Source of the DNA: Vicugna vicugna
Taxonomy: Eukaryota
DNA length: 64,000 nt
NCBI GenBank assembly: GCA_013265495.1
Contig: MU058059.1
Span: 2,953,502-3,017,501 of the forward strand
Direction of reading: 5' to 3'
Below the pieces are notes generated by a model, which saw only the letters and a list, made by a program, of their open reading frames with translations, did no database searches and was not told the DNA's origin. The position numbers and the translations under genes are program-made. Shown piece after piece: positions 63,098-64,000 of this stretch; within the stretch, counting starts at the first letter, position 1, and each line of letters begins with the position of its first letter.

Positions 63098-63350
63098 AGA
63101 AAAGATGCTCTACATTATATTAATCATCAGGGAAATGCAAACCAAAACCACAGTGAGATGTCACCAGGCAGCTGCCGGAATGGCCCTTAGAAGCAAGACT
63201 GGAAATAGCAAAGTGTGGTGAGGACATGCGGCGAAGAGAGGAGGCTATCTCGGGCTCCCCTGAAGCACGGCCGTCAGACAGACAGGAGCACGGGAGGAGC
63301 AGGCTGTGGTTCAGCTGCCCTTTCCACTGGATATCCCCAAAGACTAGAAA
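63098..63350 (+). mobile_element. Sense-oriented L1 ORF2 fragment abutting the antisense L1
   Basis: aaaagatgctc...taatcatcagggaaatgcaaaccaaaaccacagtgagatgtcacc translates as IIREMQTKTTVRCH. Confidence 0.75.
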
Positions 63351-64000
63351 GAGCTTGTAGACCTCCCCACTGTGTCATGGAAATCTAATCAACGTCCTTA
63401 CTTACACCGTGGGAAACTGAGGCCCAGAGGAAGTAGTGGGCTCTGCTCTCTGAGCCTTTGGAGCGTGAGTGCAGCGGAGAGCGCGTCCCTGCCCCCACTG
63501 CCCTCGGCGCGACAGAGCAGAGCCTCACGGAGACTTCAGACCCTGGCTGCTTTCTCTCTGAAAATCTTTAAAAGCAGTGTCACTTCCTGCGTAGTGTCTG
63601 TTTGCCCAGATTGCTTCTGCTGGTTTCTTCCAGCCCCTTGATCGTGATGAGGGAGGAAAGGTCTGTGCATCTTTGATCATCTATTTTCTAGGCCCTTTTT
63701 TGAGGGAGACTGTAAAGTCATTAAAATTTCACGTGAATTGGCTCAGTCGGGAAAGAAAAAACTTGCCCAGAAAGGAGACATTTTCTAAATGGCCCTGATA
63801 CAAGATGAAAGGGCCTGTCGTGTCAAAGGAGGACAGCTCTCCCCTACCCGCAACCTCACGTGCATCGCCGTCTGGCCACAGGGGCAGTGCTGTCAGGACC
63901 ACGGCCCTGGGTGGAGCAGACGCACAGTGTCGCCTGCAGAAGCGGCAGCAGAGCCACAGCTAAACCAGAGCCCCGGGCCAGGCTGGTCAAACGATGTTAG

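Noticed and set aside
1..64000. Prokaryotic-type systems (CRISPR arrays, operons, rRNA, phage or defence genes)
   Set aside because: The sequence is mammalian intron/exon DNA; no regularly spaced repeat-spacer array or dense ORF organisation was seen.

Overview
Mammalian genomic DNA, most likely a camelid (inferred from the tRNA-derived SINE family and the L1 3' ends). It is GC- and CpG-rich and holds the middle of MTCL1 (SOGA2, microtubule crosslinking factor 1) on the + strand. Six internal phase-0 coding exons have canonical AG/GT borders: 37777-37836, 42771-44030, 45068-45223, 51911-52126, 53659-53856 and 62388-62555. The first ~37.7 kb is one large intron with L1, L2, MIR, MER20/MER5, MER21 LTR and SINE copies. 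Nearly all other ORF-track entries are chance ORFs of GC-rich DNA or repeat remnants. Most interesting: the 1-kb intron after the 1260-nt exon holds two separate in-frame, stop-terminated hydrophobic tails (read-through 44031-44129; alternative acceptor 44840-44947) ahead of an atypical canonical acceptor. This suggests a splicing switch to membrane-anchored, SOGA3/MTCL3-like truncated isoforms. Also found: a candidate 15-nt microexon (26109-26123), a chimeric local duplication next to the 60-nt exon, and a ~155-bp tandem duplication. Gene and repeat names come from recognising the sequence, not from database searches, and repeat boundaries are approximate.
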